Assembly (NCBI GenBank): GCA_045114635.1
Contig: JBGUKY010000022.1
Coordinates: 4,680-68,679, forward strand
From: Candidatus Enterousia sp.
Lineage (GTDB): Bacteria; Pseudomonadota; Alphaproteobacteria; Rs-D84
DNA: 64,000 nucleotides
Direction of reading: 5' to 3'
In this document: piece after piece, positions 55,335-64,000 of the stretch
Layout: each line of letters begins with the position of its first letter
Position numbering within the stretch: the first letter of the stretch is position 1
Translations under genes and position numbers: made by a program
The notes under the pieces: model-generated
The model's input: the letters and a program-made list of their open reading frames with translations, nothing else
Databases searched by the model: none
Told to the model about the DNA's origin: nothing

Positions 55335-57410
55335 TTAAATAAACTTTACAAAGTCACGCGCAACATTTTTAATTCCGCGCGTTTTAAAAGCAACGGTTAA
55401 TGTTTTACCATTTTCTGCGATTACAACACCTGTCCCCATTTCTGAATGAGCAATCATTTTCCCAATCACAGAATCTGTTTTGAATTTTGGTTTTATATGT
55501 TTTTCTGACGAATAATTTTGCCGTGGTTGTTCACCGCCATTAAAACTTATATATCTTCTATCAATTTCATTGATAAAGCGAGACGGCATTTGATAGTTCC
55601 ATTGACCAAATACAGTACGCCCCATAGCATTTGTAATTATCGCCCTGGTTTTCGCGCGGGTAATAGCAACATAGGCAAGGCGTCTTTCTTCTTCTATATC
55701 AGAATCTGATTTTTTTTCGTTTGGAAATATACCCTCTTCCCAGGCAGGTAAAAACACCGTATCAAACTCTAAACCCTTGGCCGCATGTATCGTCATAATA
55801 TTAACTACATTTTTGTTGTCAGATTCATTATCATTATCATCTGTCATCATCAATGCAGCGTGTTCCAAAAATTCAGGAAGTGTATTATATTTTACAACAA
55901 CACTATTTATCAATTCGCTTATGTGTTCTAACCTTTCGCTTGTATCTATATCTTTTGATTCGCGCCACATTTTAAGATAGCCACTGTTTTCCAACAATTG
56001 TTGCACAGCATCTTTTGGTGTCGTATTTTTCCAATCAAAATCAAAAGCAGATAAAAAGTCCGTTGCAGCCGCTTGTTGTTTAGCCGATAATTTGGTTGTT
56101 TTTAATGCGTCCATTAAACTTTTACCACTTTCACGTAATTTGGCAATAGCACCATCACCAAAACCACGTCGTGGTTTTGAAATAATCCTTTCAAAAGAAA
56201 TATCATCAAATGGATAAACCAACAATCTTATATATGCGATTACATCACGTATTTCCATTCTATCGTAAAACTTTGTCGTACCGACAAGACGATATGGAAT
56301 TCGTTGAAGCGTAAATTCTTCTTCAAAAATTCGTGATAAAGATCCAGCACGAATCAATACGGCAAAAGAAGAAAAATTATTATTTGAATTACGTGAAATT
56401 GTATGTGCAATAAAATGTGCTTCATCTTTGGCCGAAGGCAAAGTTAATATATATACAGGTTCGCCATCGCCGACACCTGGTGCAGTACGCAAATCTTTAC
56501 CAAGGCGTCCCATATTGTTTTTTATCAAAGAATTTGCTGCACCCAATATATTTGCAGTGCTTCTATAGTTCGTTTCAAGCCTGATTATTTTTGCATTTGG
56601 ATAAGTTTTTTCAAATTCCAAAATATTTCTTATTTCAGCACCACGCCAAGAATATATAGATTGATCATCGTCGCCTACACAACAAATATTCGGATTTTCT
56701 TTATCGGCAGTTAACATTTTTAACAAATTCATTTGTGCCGCATTTGTATCTTGAAACTCGTCCACCAATATATATTTAAATTGATTTTGATATTTGCGCA
56801 ATATTTCATCGTGTGACACGAATAATTTTAAAACGAACAAGATTATATCACCAAAGTCAACTGCGCCCAGGCGGGCTAATTCTGTGTTATATTCACGCAA
56901 TATTTTTTGTCCCACAACCGAAAGGGGCATTTTAGAGAAATCTGTAACACCTTTATCTTTTATATTAGATATTCTTTCCACCCAATCAGATGGATTAAAA
57001 TCCTTGGTATCAAGTCCAAGATTAGTTATAACGCGTTTCAATACAGACTTTTGATCATCTTCACCATAAATAAGGAAATCACGTCGTAGTCCTGCAGCTT
57101 CATAATTGGCACGTAAAATACGCAAACAAATTGAATGGAATGTCCCCATCCACAAATCACCACACAAATGCGATATTTCACTGTATCCAGCAACCCGAAA
57201 GCGCATCTCGTTAGCCGCCTTGTTTGTAAACGTCAGCGCCAGTATTTGCCAAGGATATGCGTATCCACTATACAAAATATGTGCCACACGGGACGTTAAA
57301 ACGCGTGTTTTGCCTGTTCCTGCACCAGAAAGCACCAACAAAGGCCCTTCCAATGTGGTAACGGCCTGTACTTGTTGTTCGTTCAAATCAGACATATAAT
57401 CAGCGGACAT
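55335..57410 (-). CDS. uvrD: UvrD/Rep/PcrA-family ATP-dependent DNA helicase
   Basis: 691 aa. Walker A SGAGTGKT, DEFQDTN, YRST, TIHAAKGLEF, VAITRAK motifs. Confidence 0.9.
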   Translation of the reverse strand: MSADYMSDLNEQQVQAVTTLEGPLLVLSGAGTGKTRVLTSRVAHILYSGYAYPWQILALTFTNKAANEMRFRVAGYSEISHLCGDLWMGTFHSICLRILRANYEAAGLRRDFLIYGEDDQKSVLKRVITNLGLDTKDFNPSDWVERISNIKDKGVTDFSKMPLSVVGQKILREYNTELARLGAVDFGDIILFVLKLFVSHDEILRKYQNQFKYILVDEFQDTNAAQMNLLKMLTADKENPNICCVGDDDQSIYSWRGAEIRNILEFEKTYPNAKIIRLETNYRSTANILGAANSLIKNNMGRLGKDLRTAPGVGDGEPVYILTLPSAKDEAHFIAHTISRNSNNNFSSFAVLIRAGSLSRIFEEEFTLQRIPYRLVGTTKFYDRMEIRDVIAYIRLLVYPFDDISFERIISKPRRGFGDGAIAKLRESGKSLMDALKTTKLSAKQQAAATDFLSAFDFDWKNTTPKDAVQQLLENSGYLKMWRESKDIDTSERLEHISELINSVVVKYNTLPEFLEHAALMMTDDNDNESDNKNVVNIMTIHAAKGLEFDTVFLPAWEEGIFPNEKKSDSDIEEERRLAYVAITRAKTRAIITNAMGRTVFGQWNYQMPSRFINEIDRRYISFNGGEQPRQNYSSEKHIKPKFKTDSVIGKMIAHSEMGTGVVIAENGKTLTVAFKTRGIKNVARDFVKFI

Positions 57411-57485
57411 TTTTTCAATTTTCTATATTGTAATTTATAAAAGATTTCTATACAATCATTTTGTTCGAAAAAATAAGGAAGGGTT

Positions 57486-58172
57486 ATGGGTCGAATAATT
57501 TGCTTTGATATTGAAACAACTGGCTTTGAATACATGCGTGGCGACCGCTGTATTGAAATCGGCGCGGTTGAATTGATAGATGGCAAATTAACAGACAACA
57601 CTTTCCATGAATACATAAATCCCGAAGGGAAAATAATCCCACCAGAAACATATATGGTGCATAAAATATCGAACGCCTTTTTGGAAGACAAACCAAAAAT
57701 GTCTGAAATCGCACCAAAGTTTTTAGAATTCATAGGCGATGCACAAATTGTTGCCCATAATGGTTTGGACTTTGACTTCCCGTTTATAAATTACGAATTA
57801 GAAAAGTTGAATCTAAAACCTATTCCACGTTCACAAATGTTGGACAGTATTGTTATCGCACGCAATCGTGTATATGGCCCCAAAAGTTATACTCTTGATG
57901 CTTTGGCAAAATGGTTTGGTGTATCATTGACCGCGCGTGCTGATGCGCACGGTGCGTTGATTGACGCGGAAATTTTGGCACATGTTTATAACGAACTTGA
58001 AAATACAGCACCAGCGATTGATGTAAAAGAATTAGTTGAAAAACAACATGATGCATTTTTAAAGACACCTAAAATTGGCTCCGATTTTCCAAAGCGCAAA
58101 TTCGAAGTTCCTGCTGACGAACTTGAAACACATAATCAATTTATGGAAAAATTATTAGCAGAAGAAAATTAA
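57486..58172 (+). CDS. dnaQ: DNA polymerase III epsilon subunit (DEDDh 3'-5' exonuclease)
   Basis: Exo I ICFDIETTG, Exo II VAHNGLDFDFPF, Exo III HGALIDAEILAHVY. AAGGAAGGG SD upstream. Confidence 0.9.
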   Translation: MGRIICFDIETTGFEYMRGDRCIEIGAVELIDGKLTDNTFHEYINPEGKIIPPETYMVHKISNAFLEDKPKMSEIAPKFLEFIGDAQIVAHNGLDFDFPFINYELEKLNLKPIPRSQMLDSIVIARNRVYGPKSYTLDALAKWFGVSLTARADAHGALIDAEILAHVYNELENTAPAIDVKELVEKQHDAFLKTPKIGSDFPKRKFEVPADELETHNQFMEKLLAEEN

Positions 58173-58202
58173 AAAAATCGGACACATTGTCCGATTTTTT
58201 AT
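58171..58202. terminator. bidirectional intrinsic terminator (dnaQ / Cys-rich protein gene)
   Basis: AAAAAATCGGACA-CAT-TGTCCGATTTTTT. Confidence 0.8.
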
Positions 58203-60502
58203 TATTCACACATACTGTGTTCAAGTTCACCTTGGGTGCCACCGGCAGGCACGGTACCTTCTTCACAAGATCTGCATATACCAGCATCTGTACGATATTG
58301 ATTGCTTGAACAAGATATTACACAAGCACCGTTCCAAACAGAATATCCTGATTTACATTTGCAACGATCATTTGCAAGCCCAGAGATAGTTCTATTAATA
58401 TCAGTGCTATTATATTCAACACATACATTGTTTTCATATGTTTTACATGTTTTTTCATTATAAAATTCTGAATTATCTGGACAAAGCAAAGATTGATAAA
58501 ACATTTCTGAAATACCATTTATCAATTTCATTTGTCTTTTATATTCTGCGTTTGATTCTGTATCTGATATAGCAGATATAGCATCACCCATTTCTTTATC
58601 ATATGCGAACACAGCGTAACCACAAGTCAATGCAACATTATAACAAGCACCTGTCATAACCTTGTAAATATTTTCAATTGATGCAGAAGATGTCCACGAA
58701 GTAATTTGTGTATTTTGTTGATTATAACAATCACGAACATCACTCATACAACTTGATGCATAATCAGAAATAATTTTTGATTGAGCGGCTTTGATATTCA
58801 CCATCGCACGCTGTACATAATTTACAACCACATCATTGTATGGATCATATGTTGATTTTTTTCCAGATTGAATATATGTATAATCCTGGCATTTATCCAA
58901 CACAGCACGGCAAAGTCCACCTTCCTTCACTGTTGCGCCTGTTCCAATTTTCTGCATTAAATAATTAACGATACAAGCACCATCGTGTCCACTGCATAAA
59001 GCATCACTAGAAGAATTTTTAATAAAATCTCCATTTATTTTTGTGTTGCTGTAACTGTTTTCTGCAATGGCATCTGGGTCATTCAAGAAAGCAGTTATGT
59101 TCGCGATATTTTGTCCCAACACAACATTACCATTTTCATCAATATATTTTTTCGTTGGATCCAAACATTTCACATAACCTTCGCCACAAACCATATCGTC
59201 CAACATACATTTTTCAAGTGCGCCAACACATTCTTTGATATCATATTCGTTTTTATTTTGTAAAACAGCCAAACGTGCTTTCTGCAACATTAAATTTGCA
59301 CTGCGCACATTGTTAGTTAATGTCTGATTTAATTTGACCAAACCTTGTTCATATGCGACGCAATCTTTATCGATAGCTAAATCATAATTACCAGAAATCT
59401 GATCTTCTGTACCGCCTGCATCTTTACAACGATCTAACACTGTTTTACAACGTTTTTTTGCTTCGTTATAAAGTGCCTTACCACGTTTAGATGAAATATC
59501 ATTACTTGATGAAGAACCAAACATATCAAGCGAAAACATATCAGATGAATCAGATGAAAAATCAAAATCCATATCCAACAAAGAATCTGATGTTGATGAT
59601 GAAGTCAAAGTCGTAGACGAAGTTGGATCTTTGATCATATCAGCAATATCGTCAAGCATAGAACGTGTTTGGGTATTATCTTTCGTTTTACCCATTTCTA
59701 ATTCAGCTTCGGTTGCGGACATAATTGCACGAATTTCATCTGCAGATAAACCAACATAACGAATTCTTTGTGCAACATCATTTAATTCAACATTTGCATC
59801 TTCGACCGCCTTTTGTGCCTTGGCGTATTTAGCCAAGTTAGCAGAACAAGAACATCTTTTTTGATTAGTATCTACAACAGAACAAAATTGATCCATACAT
59901 TCGTTGTACTGTTGTTGACAAGTAGAATTTAAATCAGAAGTCTTTTCTAAAATATCTTTTGCTTCGGCCAAAGATTCAGCAGTCACAAGTTTTTGTTGTT
60001 TTTGTGAACCGAATATTGATGCACGTGATTGAACACCACGAACCTGTTCATCAATATTAGATCCTGTTTGAAGACCTGTATTTCCAATTGTTGCACGTCC
60101 GCCAACTTCGGCAGTAGATGCACGCAAAACAATTCCTGCACGACGTGCAGCCGCAGTACTATTTATGCTTGCAGCTTCTGTTCTGGCACTACGACCAACA
60201 GTATTCACACCATCTTCCAATGTTGCACGTTGACTATTTGGTCGCACATTAACAGAACGCGATACAACATTGCCAGATTGTTTTTGTGACCCACGTGATG
60301 CAACATCAACTTTTTTTGCATTTGACACTGTTCTTGAAATATTCGAACTGGAACGATTTCTTGCAACGTTTTTTTCGGTTGATTGTTCAACCTTTTCAGA
60401 AGAATTTTTTGTTGGAATTGTACGGGATATAGAACCATCCGCCGCAAAAGCATTTGCAACGCCAAACACAGTTATGAAAAAACATAACAAAAATCTTCTC
60501 AT
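58202..60502 (-). CDS. large secreted Cys-rich modular protein (766 aa), unknown family
   Basis: Signal peptide (VFGVANAFA). Basic Ser/Arg/Asn-rich Cys-free region (~aa 21-190), a Cys-rich helical region, a Ser/Asp-rich linker, and a C-terminal EGF/furin-like Cys pattern (CKCKSGYSVWNGACVISCSSNQYRTDAGICRSCEEG). AAAGGAA SD upstream; terminators on both sides. Confidence 0.75.
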   Translation of the reverse strand: MRRFLLCFFITVFGVANAFAADGSISRTIPTKNSSEKVEQSTEKNVARNRSSSNISRTVSNAKKVDVASRGSQKQSGNVVSRSVNVRPNSQRATLEDGVNTVGRSARTEAASINSTAAARRAGIVLRASTAEVGGRATIGNTGLQTGSNIDEQVRGVQSRASIFGSQKQQKLVTAESLAEAKDILEKTSDLNSTCQQQYNECMDQFCSVVDTNQKRCSCSANLAKYAKAQKAVEDANVELNDVAQRIRYVGLSADEIRAIMSATEAELEMGKTKDNTQTRSMLDDIADMIKDPTSSTTLTSSSTSDSLLDMDFDFSSDSSDMFSLDMFGSSSSNDISSKRGKALYNEAKKRCKTVLDRCKDAGGTEDQISGNYDLAIDKDCVAYEQGLVKLNQTLTNNVRSANLMLQKARLAVLQNKNEYDIKECVGALEKCMLDDMVCGEGYVKCLDPTKKYIDENGNVVLGQNIANITAFLNDPDAIAENSYSNTKINGDFIKNSSSDALCSGHDGACIVNYLMQKIGTGATVKEGGLCRAVLDKCQDYTYIQSGKKSTYDPYNDVVVNYVQRAMVNIKAAQSKIISDYASSCMSDVRDCYNQQNTQITSWTSSASIENIYKVMTGACYNVALTCGYAVFAYDKEMGDAISAISDTESNAEYKRQMKLINGISEMFYQSLLCPDNSEFYNEKTCKTYENNVCVEYNSTDINRTISGLANDRCKCKSGYSVWNGACVISCSSNQYRTDAGICRSCEEGTVPAGGTQGELEHSMCE
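59492..59626 (-). repeat. Ser/Asp/Thr-rich low-complexity coding tract
   Basis: Encodes TSSTTLTSSSTSDSLLDMDFDFSSDSSDMFSLDMFGSSSSN in the 766-aa protein. Confidence 0.8.
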
Positions 60503-60552
60503 TTCCTTTCGTTAATTATATCACAAAAACAGGTTAAAAAAAAGCAGATTCA

Positions 60553-60581
60553 TAAAAAAACACCGCCCAAAAGGGCGGTGA
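60553..60581 (-). terminator. intrinsic terminator after rpmA
   Basis: CACCGCCC-AAAA-GGGCGGTG with a T run on the minus strand. Confidence 0.8.
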
Positions 60582-60602
60582 AAATAACAAAATAATTGCG
60601 TA

Positions 60603-60869
60603 TTATTTTGATTCGGTATCAGGAACCACAGAAACTGTTTTTCTGTCGCCGTTGCCACGTTTGAATGTGACGATACCTGCGATTTTTGCGAACAGTGTAT
60701 GATCTTTACCCATACCAACATTCAATCCTGGGTGAACCGCAGTTCCACGTTGACGAATGATGATATTGCCTGGGATAACGTGGGCACCGCCACTTTTCTT
60801 TACACCCAATCTGCGTCCGGCTGAATCGCGTCCGTTTGTTGATGCGGAACCCGCTTTCTTATGTGCCAT
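60603..60869 (-). CDS. rpmA: 50S ribosomal protein L27
   Basis: [24 protein letters not shown]... is canonical L27. Confidence 0.95.
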   Translation of the reverse strand: MAHKKAGSASTNGRDSAGRRLGVKKSGGAHVIPGNIIIRQRGTAVHPGLNVGMGKDHTLFAKIAGIVTFKRGNGDRKTVSVVPDTESK

Positions 60870-60895
60870 AATTAAACTCCTTCGTTTGTGGACTC

Positions 60896-61195
60896 TTAGG
60901 CCTTGATTGATTTAATTTTCAAAACAGTGATGTACTGACGATGACCGGCAGTTCTACGATAGTTTTGACGACGTTTTTTCTTGAATACCAAAACCTTGTC
61001 ATCACGTTTTTGTTCAATAACATCAGCAACAACAGTTGCGCCAGCCAACAAAGGTGTGCCAACTTTGTCACCAACCATTAATACTTGGTCGAAAGTGACC
61101 GAACCAGTAGCATCAAGTTTTTCAACTTTGATAATATCGCCCTCTTGAACGCGATATTGTTTTCCACCAGTCTGAAAGATTGCAAATGTAGCCAT
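60896..61195 (-). CDS. rplU: 50S ribosomal protein L21
   Basis: [20 protein letters not shown]... is canonical L21. A near-consensus promoter lies upstream. Confidence 0.95.
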   Translation of the reverse strand: MATFAIFQTGGKQYRVQEGDIIKVEKLDATGSVTFDQVLMVGDKVGTPLLAGATVVADVIEQKRDDKVLVFKKKRRQNYRRTAGHRQYITVLKIKSIKA

Positions 61196-61259
61196 TATAC
61201 TTTCTCTTTTGTTTTGTTTGTTAACTTAAAATTATGCTTTCGCACAAAATTTTATGCAA

Positions 61260-61287
61260 ATTATACCTACAAAATACCAAAAGTCAA
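61260..61287 (-). promoter_or_regulatory. near-consensus sigma70 promoter for rplU-rpmA
   Basis: Minus strand reads TTGACT, 16-nt spacer, TATAAT, about 60 nt upstream of the rplU ATG. Confidence 0.55.
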
Positions 61288-61328
61288 CAATTTTGTCTAA
61301 AAAATTATGCAAATCATATTAACCAGCG

Positions 61329-61353
61329 CAAAAAAACACCGCCGAAGCGGTGA
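61329..61353 (-). terminator. intrinsic terminator after the 61361..63814 gene
   Basis: CACCGC-CGAA-GCGGTG with a T run on the minus strand. Confidence 0.75.
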
Positions 61354-61360
61354 AAAACAA

Positions 61361-63814
61361 TTATTTATCTCTAAGCTTATATTCCGATTCTCTTATTTCT
61401 TTATCAAGTTGGACTGTAGCTGCATTATATTTTCTTAACCATGTTTTACATTCTTCTATGCCACTAGGTTCAACATTGCACGTTGCATCTGCCCCCGTCC
61501 CTTTACAATCATTTATTTGCTTTGTAAGAAAATCGTTTGCTGTATTAATTCCCAATTTCAACTCAGCCTTAGCGTACCTATCACATTTCTTATTATCAAT
61601 TTGTGTTCTCAAAGTGTTATAATTTTCGCGCAAACAGTCCAGTGTTCCCTGCATAGTTTTACCAGAACAATCACGATATCGGGATGCTTTTGAACTGCTA
61701 CTTCCCAATAATCCCGAAGACGAATCATCATCTTTTGCGCCGGCGGCTTCTAATGTAGCTGTCAACGTAGCCTTTTCAAGTTGTGTCTTTAATCTGCGCA
61801 ATGTAGCAGAAAGGTATTCATATTGTTTATACATCTGCTGTGAAACGACAGTTGTTTTCAAACCAATTATTTCCTTCATATCACCAAACATTTCTTTTTG
61901 ATGAGAATCATAATCCTGCTTTTTATTTTTATAATTGTCTGACTTTGCATCCCAACCTTCTTCTCGTTTTATACAACCTTCGTCTGTCGGTTCATAATTT
62001 TCTTTACAGAATCTAACTTTACATGTTATTCCGCCACTTTGACTTGAATCTGCCCAAACTATTTTATCCAATCCTTTTGTAATTTTGGCATTTGCTTGGT
62101 CCTTGTATTCGCCTTTTGTCGCCTTTGTTGTACAATTATATTTGTCTGTTTTTACACTTTCTGATGCATTATCTTTTCCAACGTTATACAAATGCGTATC
62201 GCAGATCGCAAAGATTGGACTTACATAGCCACATTCTTCTTTTTCTTCGGCCATAAAGTCAGATTTATTCATACCTGCTTTTATATCTTTCACACACAAA
62301 GGATAATTATTAACCCCTTGTGCCGACTTGCTTAATGTCGCCTTTTCCAGCACATCAACATACTCTGAAGCATCACAATAAGCTATCAATTCTTTGGCTT
62401 CTCTGCCTTTTGTTTTTCTTGGTTCGTTTTGATTTAACCACACATCTAATTTATCAATATCGACAAGACCGGCACCATTTTTATTTTTTGTTCTGCGTCT
62501 GAACAACGCCGACGAATCCAGCGCACCTGATGCACACGCAACCACAGTTCCATTTGATGTGCTGTCCACTGTTGGATTTACCCAACCTTCATAAACCTCA
62601 TCTTCACTGCTTAATACTTTTAATAATGTACAAGGTTTACAACTGGACTTTATCTTGTCGTTCATACAGTTTTCAAGCACACGTGATGAATCTGCTTTTT
62701 TGTCCATATATGCAGCAGCAAGCACAGATGAACAAGCGGACATTTTATCAAATTCTGACATTTCTGCAGGACAAGAATATGGCGTACCATTATTGCCAAC
62801 ATATTCTATTTTTGCACCTCTTTCGCACATATATTGTCCCCAACGATTACATGAATTATTTAACATCATGTAAATATCAGACAGATTTACACCAACCAAC
62901 TGTGCCAATTCCAATGCATCATAAACTTTATCAATTGTGTTATCATATGGGGTTAAAAATTCTGTTGCCAATTCACGCCATTTTTTAATACGTTTTGGCC
63001 CTTCGCAATTATTACCGCGTGCATCACATTTTGCATATTCAAACGCAGCATTCATTACTGTTTTAACTTCTTTCAACGACACTTCGGCATTTTCAAGTTC
63101 GGTCATAATTTGGCCAGTAATTTTTTGACGTTCCAAAACATCAGCAGAGATGCCACGATTTATCGCATCTTGTTGATATGCCGATACGCCAGCTTCGTTT
63201 TCTTTTGCAGCATCAGTTGCCGCCGTTTTCATGTTTTCAAGTGCAGCAGCAGATTGGGCAGCCTGTTGTGCAAGTGCAGCCTGAAGTTGTTGTTGCGATT
63301 CAGCCTGTTGTTGTGCCATCTGGGCTTGCATTTGCTGCATCTGATATTGCATTTCTTGCATTTGTTGTTGCGATTGCTGTGCAGCCGCTTGCGCTGCAGC
63401 CTGTTGTGCCGCCGCATTTTGTTCGTTTATTTTGGCATTAGAACTCGCTACCAATTGGGCAGACATATATTCTTCCAAATCTGCGCCATATTGTTTACAT
63501 GATGAATTAGATTGAACACAACCTTTTACTATAGCAGAAGCCACAAAATAATCAGAACAACCACCGTTACTACATTTTGGTTGCGCACAACGCAAAATCA
63601 AAGCATTACAGTTTCCAAAGTCAACCTTGGCCGTCGCATTATTGCCATCATAACGACCGTTTGACATCATTGCCCATTGATTATTATTCGCATTGCTTGG
63701 ATTATATGCGGTCAAATTAGATCCCGCAGTTGTCGCAACAGGACTAGCCGCCGATGCAAACGCAACCGGCGCAAAACATAGCATTATTGTTAAAATGCGC
63801 GATAAATTATTCAT
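61361..63814 (-). CDS. large secreted Cys-rich modular protein (about 817 aa), distant paralogue of 58202..60502
   Basis: Signal peptide from ATG 63814 (MNNLSRILTIMLCFAPVAFASA). Cys cluster (FGNCNALILRCAQPKCSNGGCSDY), a long Gln/Ala coiled-coil tract, many paired Cys, and a GSSSS-containing linker followed by a C-x-LDC module as in the other protein. Confidence 0.75.
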   Translation of the reverse strand: MNNLSRILTIMLCFAPVAFASAASPVATTAGSNLTAYNPSNANNNQWAMMSNGRYDGNNATAKVDFGNCNALILRCAQPKCSNGGCSDYFVASAIVKGCVQSNSSCKQYGADLEEYMSAQLVASSNAKINEQNAAAQQAAAQAAAQQSQQQMQEMQYQMQQMQAQMAQQQAESQQQLQAALAQQAAQSAAALENMKTAATDAAKENEAGVSAYQQDAINRGISADVLERQKITGQIMTELENAEVSLKEVKTVMNAAFEYAKCDARGNNCEGPKRIKKWRELATEFLTPYDNTIDKVYDALELAQLVGVNLSDIYMMLNNSCNRWGQYMCERGAKIEYVGNNGTPYSCPAEMSEFDKMSACSSVLAAAYMDKKADSSRVLENCMNDKIKSSCKPCTLLKVLSSEDEVYEGWVNPTVDSTSNGTVVACASGALDSSALFRRRTKNKNGAGLVDIDKLDVWLNQNEPRKTKGREAKELIAYCDASEYVDVLEKATLSKSAQGVNNYPLCVKDIKAGMNKSDFMAEEKEECGYVSPIFAICDTHLYNVGKDNASESVKTDKYNCTTKATKGEYKDQANAKITKGLDKIVWADSSQSGGITCKVRFCKENYEPTDEGCIKREEGWDAKSDNYKNKKQDYDSHQKEMFGDMKEIIGLKTTVVSQQMYKQYEYLSATLRRLKTQLEKATLTATLEAAGAKDDDSSSGLLGSSSSKASRYRDCSGKTMQGTLDCLRENYNTLRTQIDNKKCDRYAKAELKLGINTANDFLTKQINDCKGTGADATCNVEPSGIEECKTWLRKYNAATVQLDKEIRESEYKLRDK
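63239..63427 (-). repeat. Gln/Ala-rich (CAG/CAA/GCx) low-complexity coding tract
   Basis: Encodes NEQNAAAQQAAAQAAAQQSQQQMQEMQYQMQQMQAQMAQQQAESQQQLQAALAQQAAQSAA. It generates spurious antisense ORFs. Confidence 0.85.
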
Positions 63815-63888
63815 CTCTCTTGGGTATAATTTTATCATAAAAAACATTTTGTGTAAAGAGTCAAGATTGTGTTTTTATATTTTTATTC

Positions 63889-63916
63889 AATAAAAAAAAC
63901 CGCCCAAACGGGCGGT
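63889..63916 (-). terminator. intrinsic terminator after the right-edge partial ORF
   Basis: ACCGCCC-AAAC-GGGCGGT with a T run on the minus strand. Confidence 0.75.
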
Positions 63917-63920
63917 CATA

Positions 63921-64000
63921 TTAATTACCTGTTGTCTGCTGCGTTGTCTTTTTCCAACTACGCAAACAGCCACCTTCGTCAGAATATCTTGCACCATCAC
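63921..64000 (-). CDS. 3' end of an ORF entering from the right window edge (unknown)
   Basis: The minus-strand frame is open from the edge to TAA (complement of 63921-63923), reading ...DGARYSDEGGCLRSWKKTTQQTTGN*. An intrinsic terminator follows. Confidence 0.3.
   Translation of the reverse strand, partial: DGARYSDEGGCLRSWKKTTQQTTGN

Noticed and set aside
60511-60523. TGTGATATAAT as the promoter of the 766-aa Cys-rich protein gene
   Set aside because: It lies only 12 nt from the ATG, so the AAAGGAA SD would be mostly excluded from the transcript. It is noted only as a similarity to the 50055 element, not called as a feature.
63110-63502. Plus-strand ORFs 63110..63502 and 63178..63441, and minus-strand 63229..63417
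   Set aside because: They are artefacts of the CAG/CAA/GCN low-complexity tract, which is open in several frames. The long signal-peptide-bearing frame is the real one.
1-64000. Mobile genetic elements or prophage (transposase, integrase, IS inverted repeats)
   Set aside because: No ORF shows DDE, tyrosine- or serine-recombinase motifs. The only mobility-like traces are the tRNA-adjacent scar-like element and the tRNA-bracketed islet, which are reported as hypotheses.

Overview
Visibly AT-rich bacterial chromosome segment using the standard code (TAA and TGA both serve as stops), densely packed with genes separated by short GC-rich hairpin terminators. The gene content is Gram-negative and points to an alphaproteobacterium with a fairly compact genome: a GapR/DUF2312 protein, def-fmt-(insert)-truA, rmuC divergent from def, and TolC/RND efflux. 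This taxonomic placement is an inference. About 65 protein genes, 2 tRNAs (Gln-UUG, Glu-CUC) and an rpmH gene missing from the ORF track are supported. Most of the window is housekeeping: yidC, lspA, rsmA, recR, pyk, pyrG, truA, fmt, def, gyrA, valS, murG-ftsW-mraY, PBP1A, uvrD, dnaQ, rpmE, rplU-rpmA. I saw no rRNA, CRISPR array, transposase or integrase. The notable content is type IV secretion related. An oversized VirB10/TrbI-like protein sits at the left edge. About 48 kb away lies a five-gene array of paralogous polytopic membrane proteins that I interpret as divergent VirB6/TrbL-like, unlinked to any other T4SS gene in this window. Other items worth a second look: two very large Cys-rich, low-complexity secreted proteins bracketing rplU-rpmA; a tandem pair of small Cys-containing proteins inserted between fmt and truA; a roughly 140-bp GC-rich structured element beside tRNA-Gln; a Vga/Msr-like ABC-F gene with a leader that looks like an attenuator; and a SuhB/IMPase homologue whose metal-ligand motifs are degenerate. 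All family assignments come from reading motifs in the supplied translations. No database search was possible.
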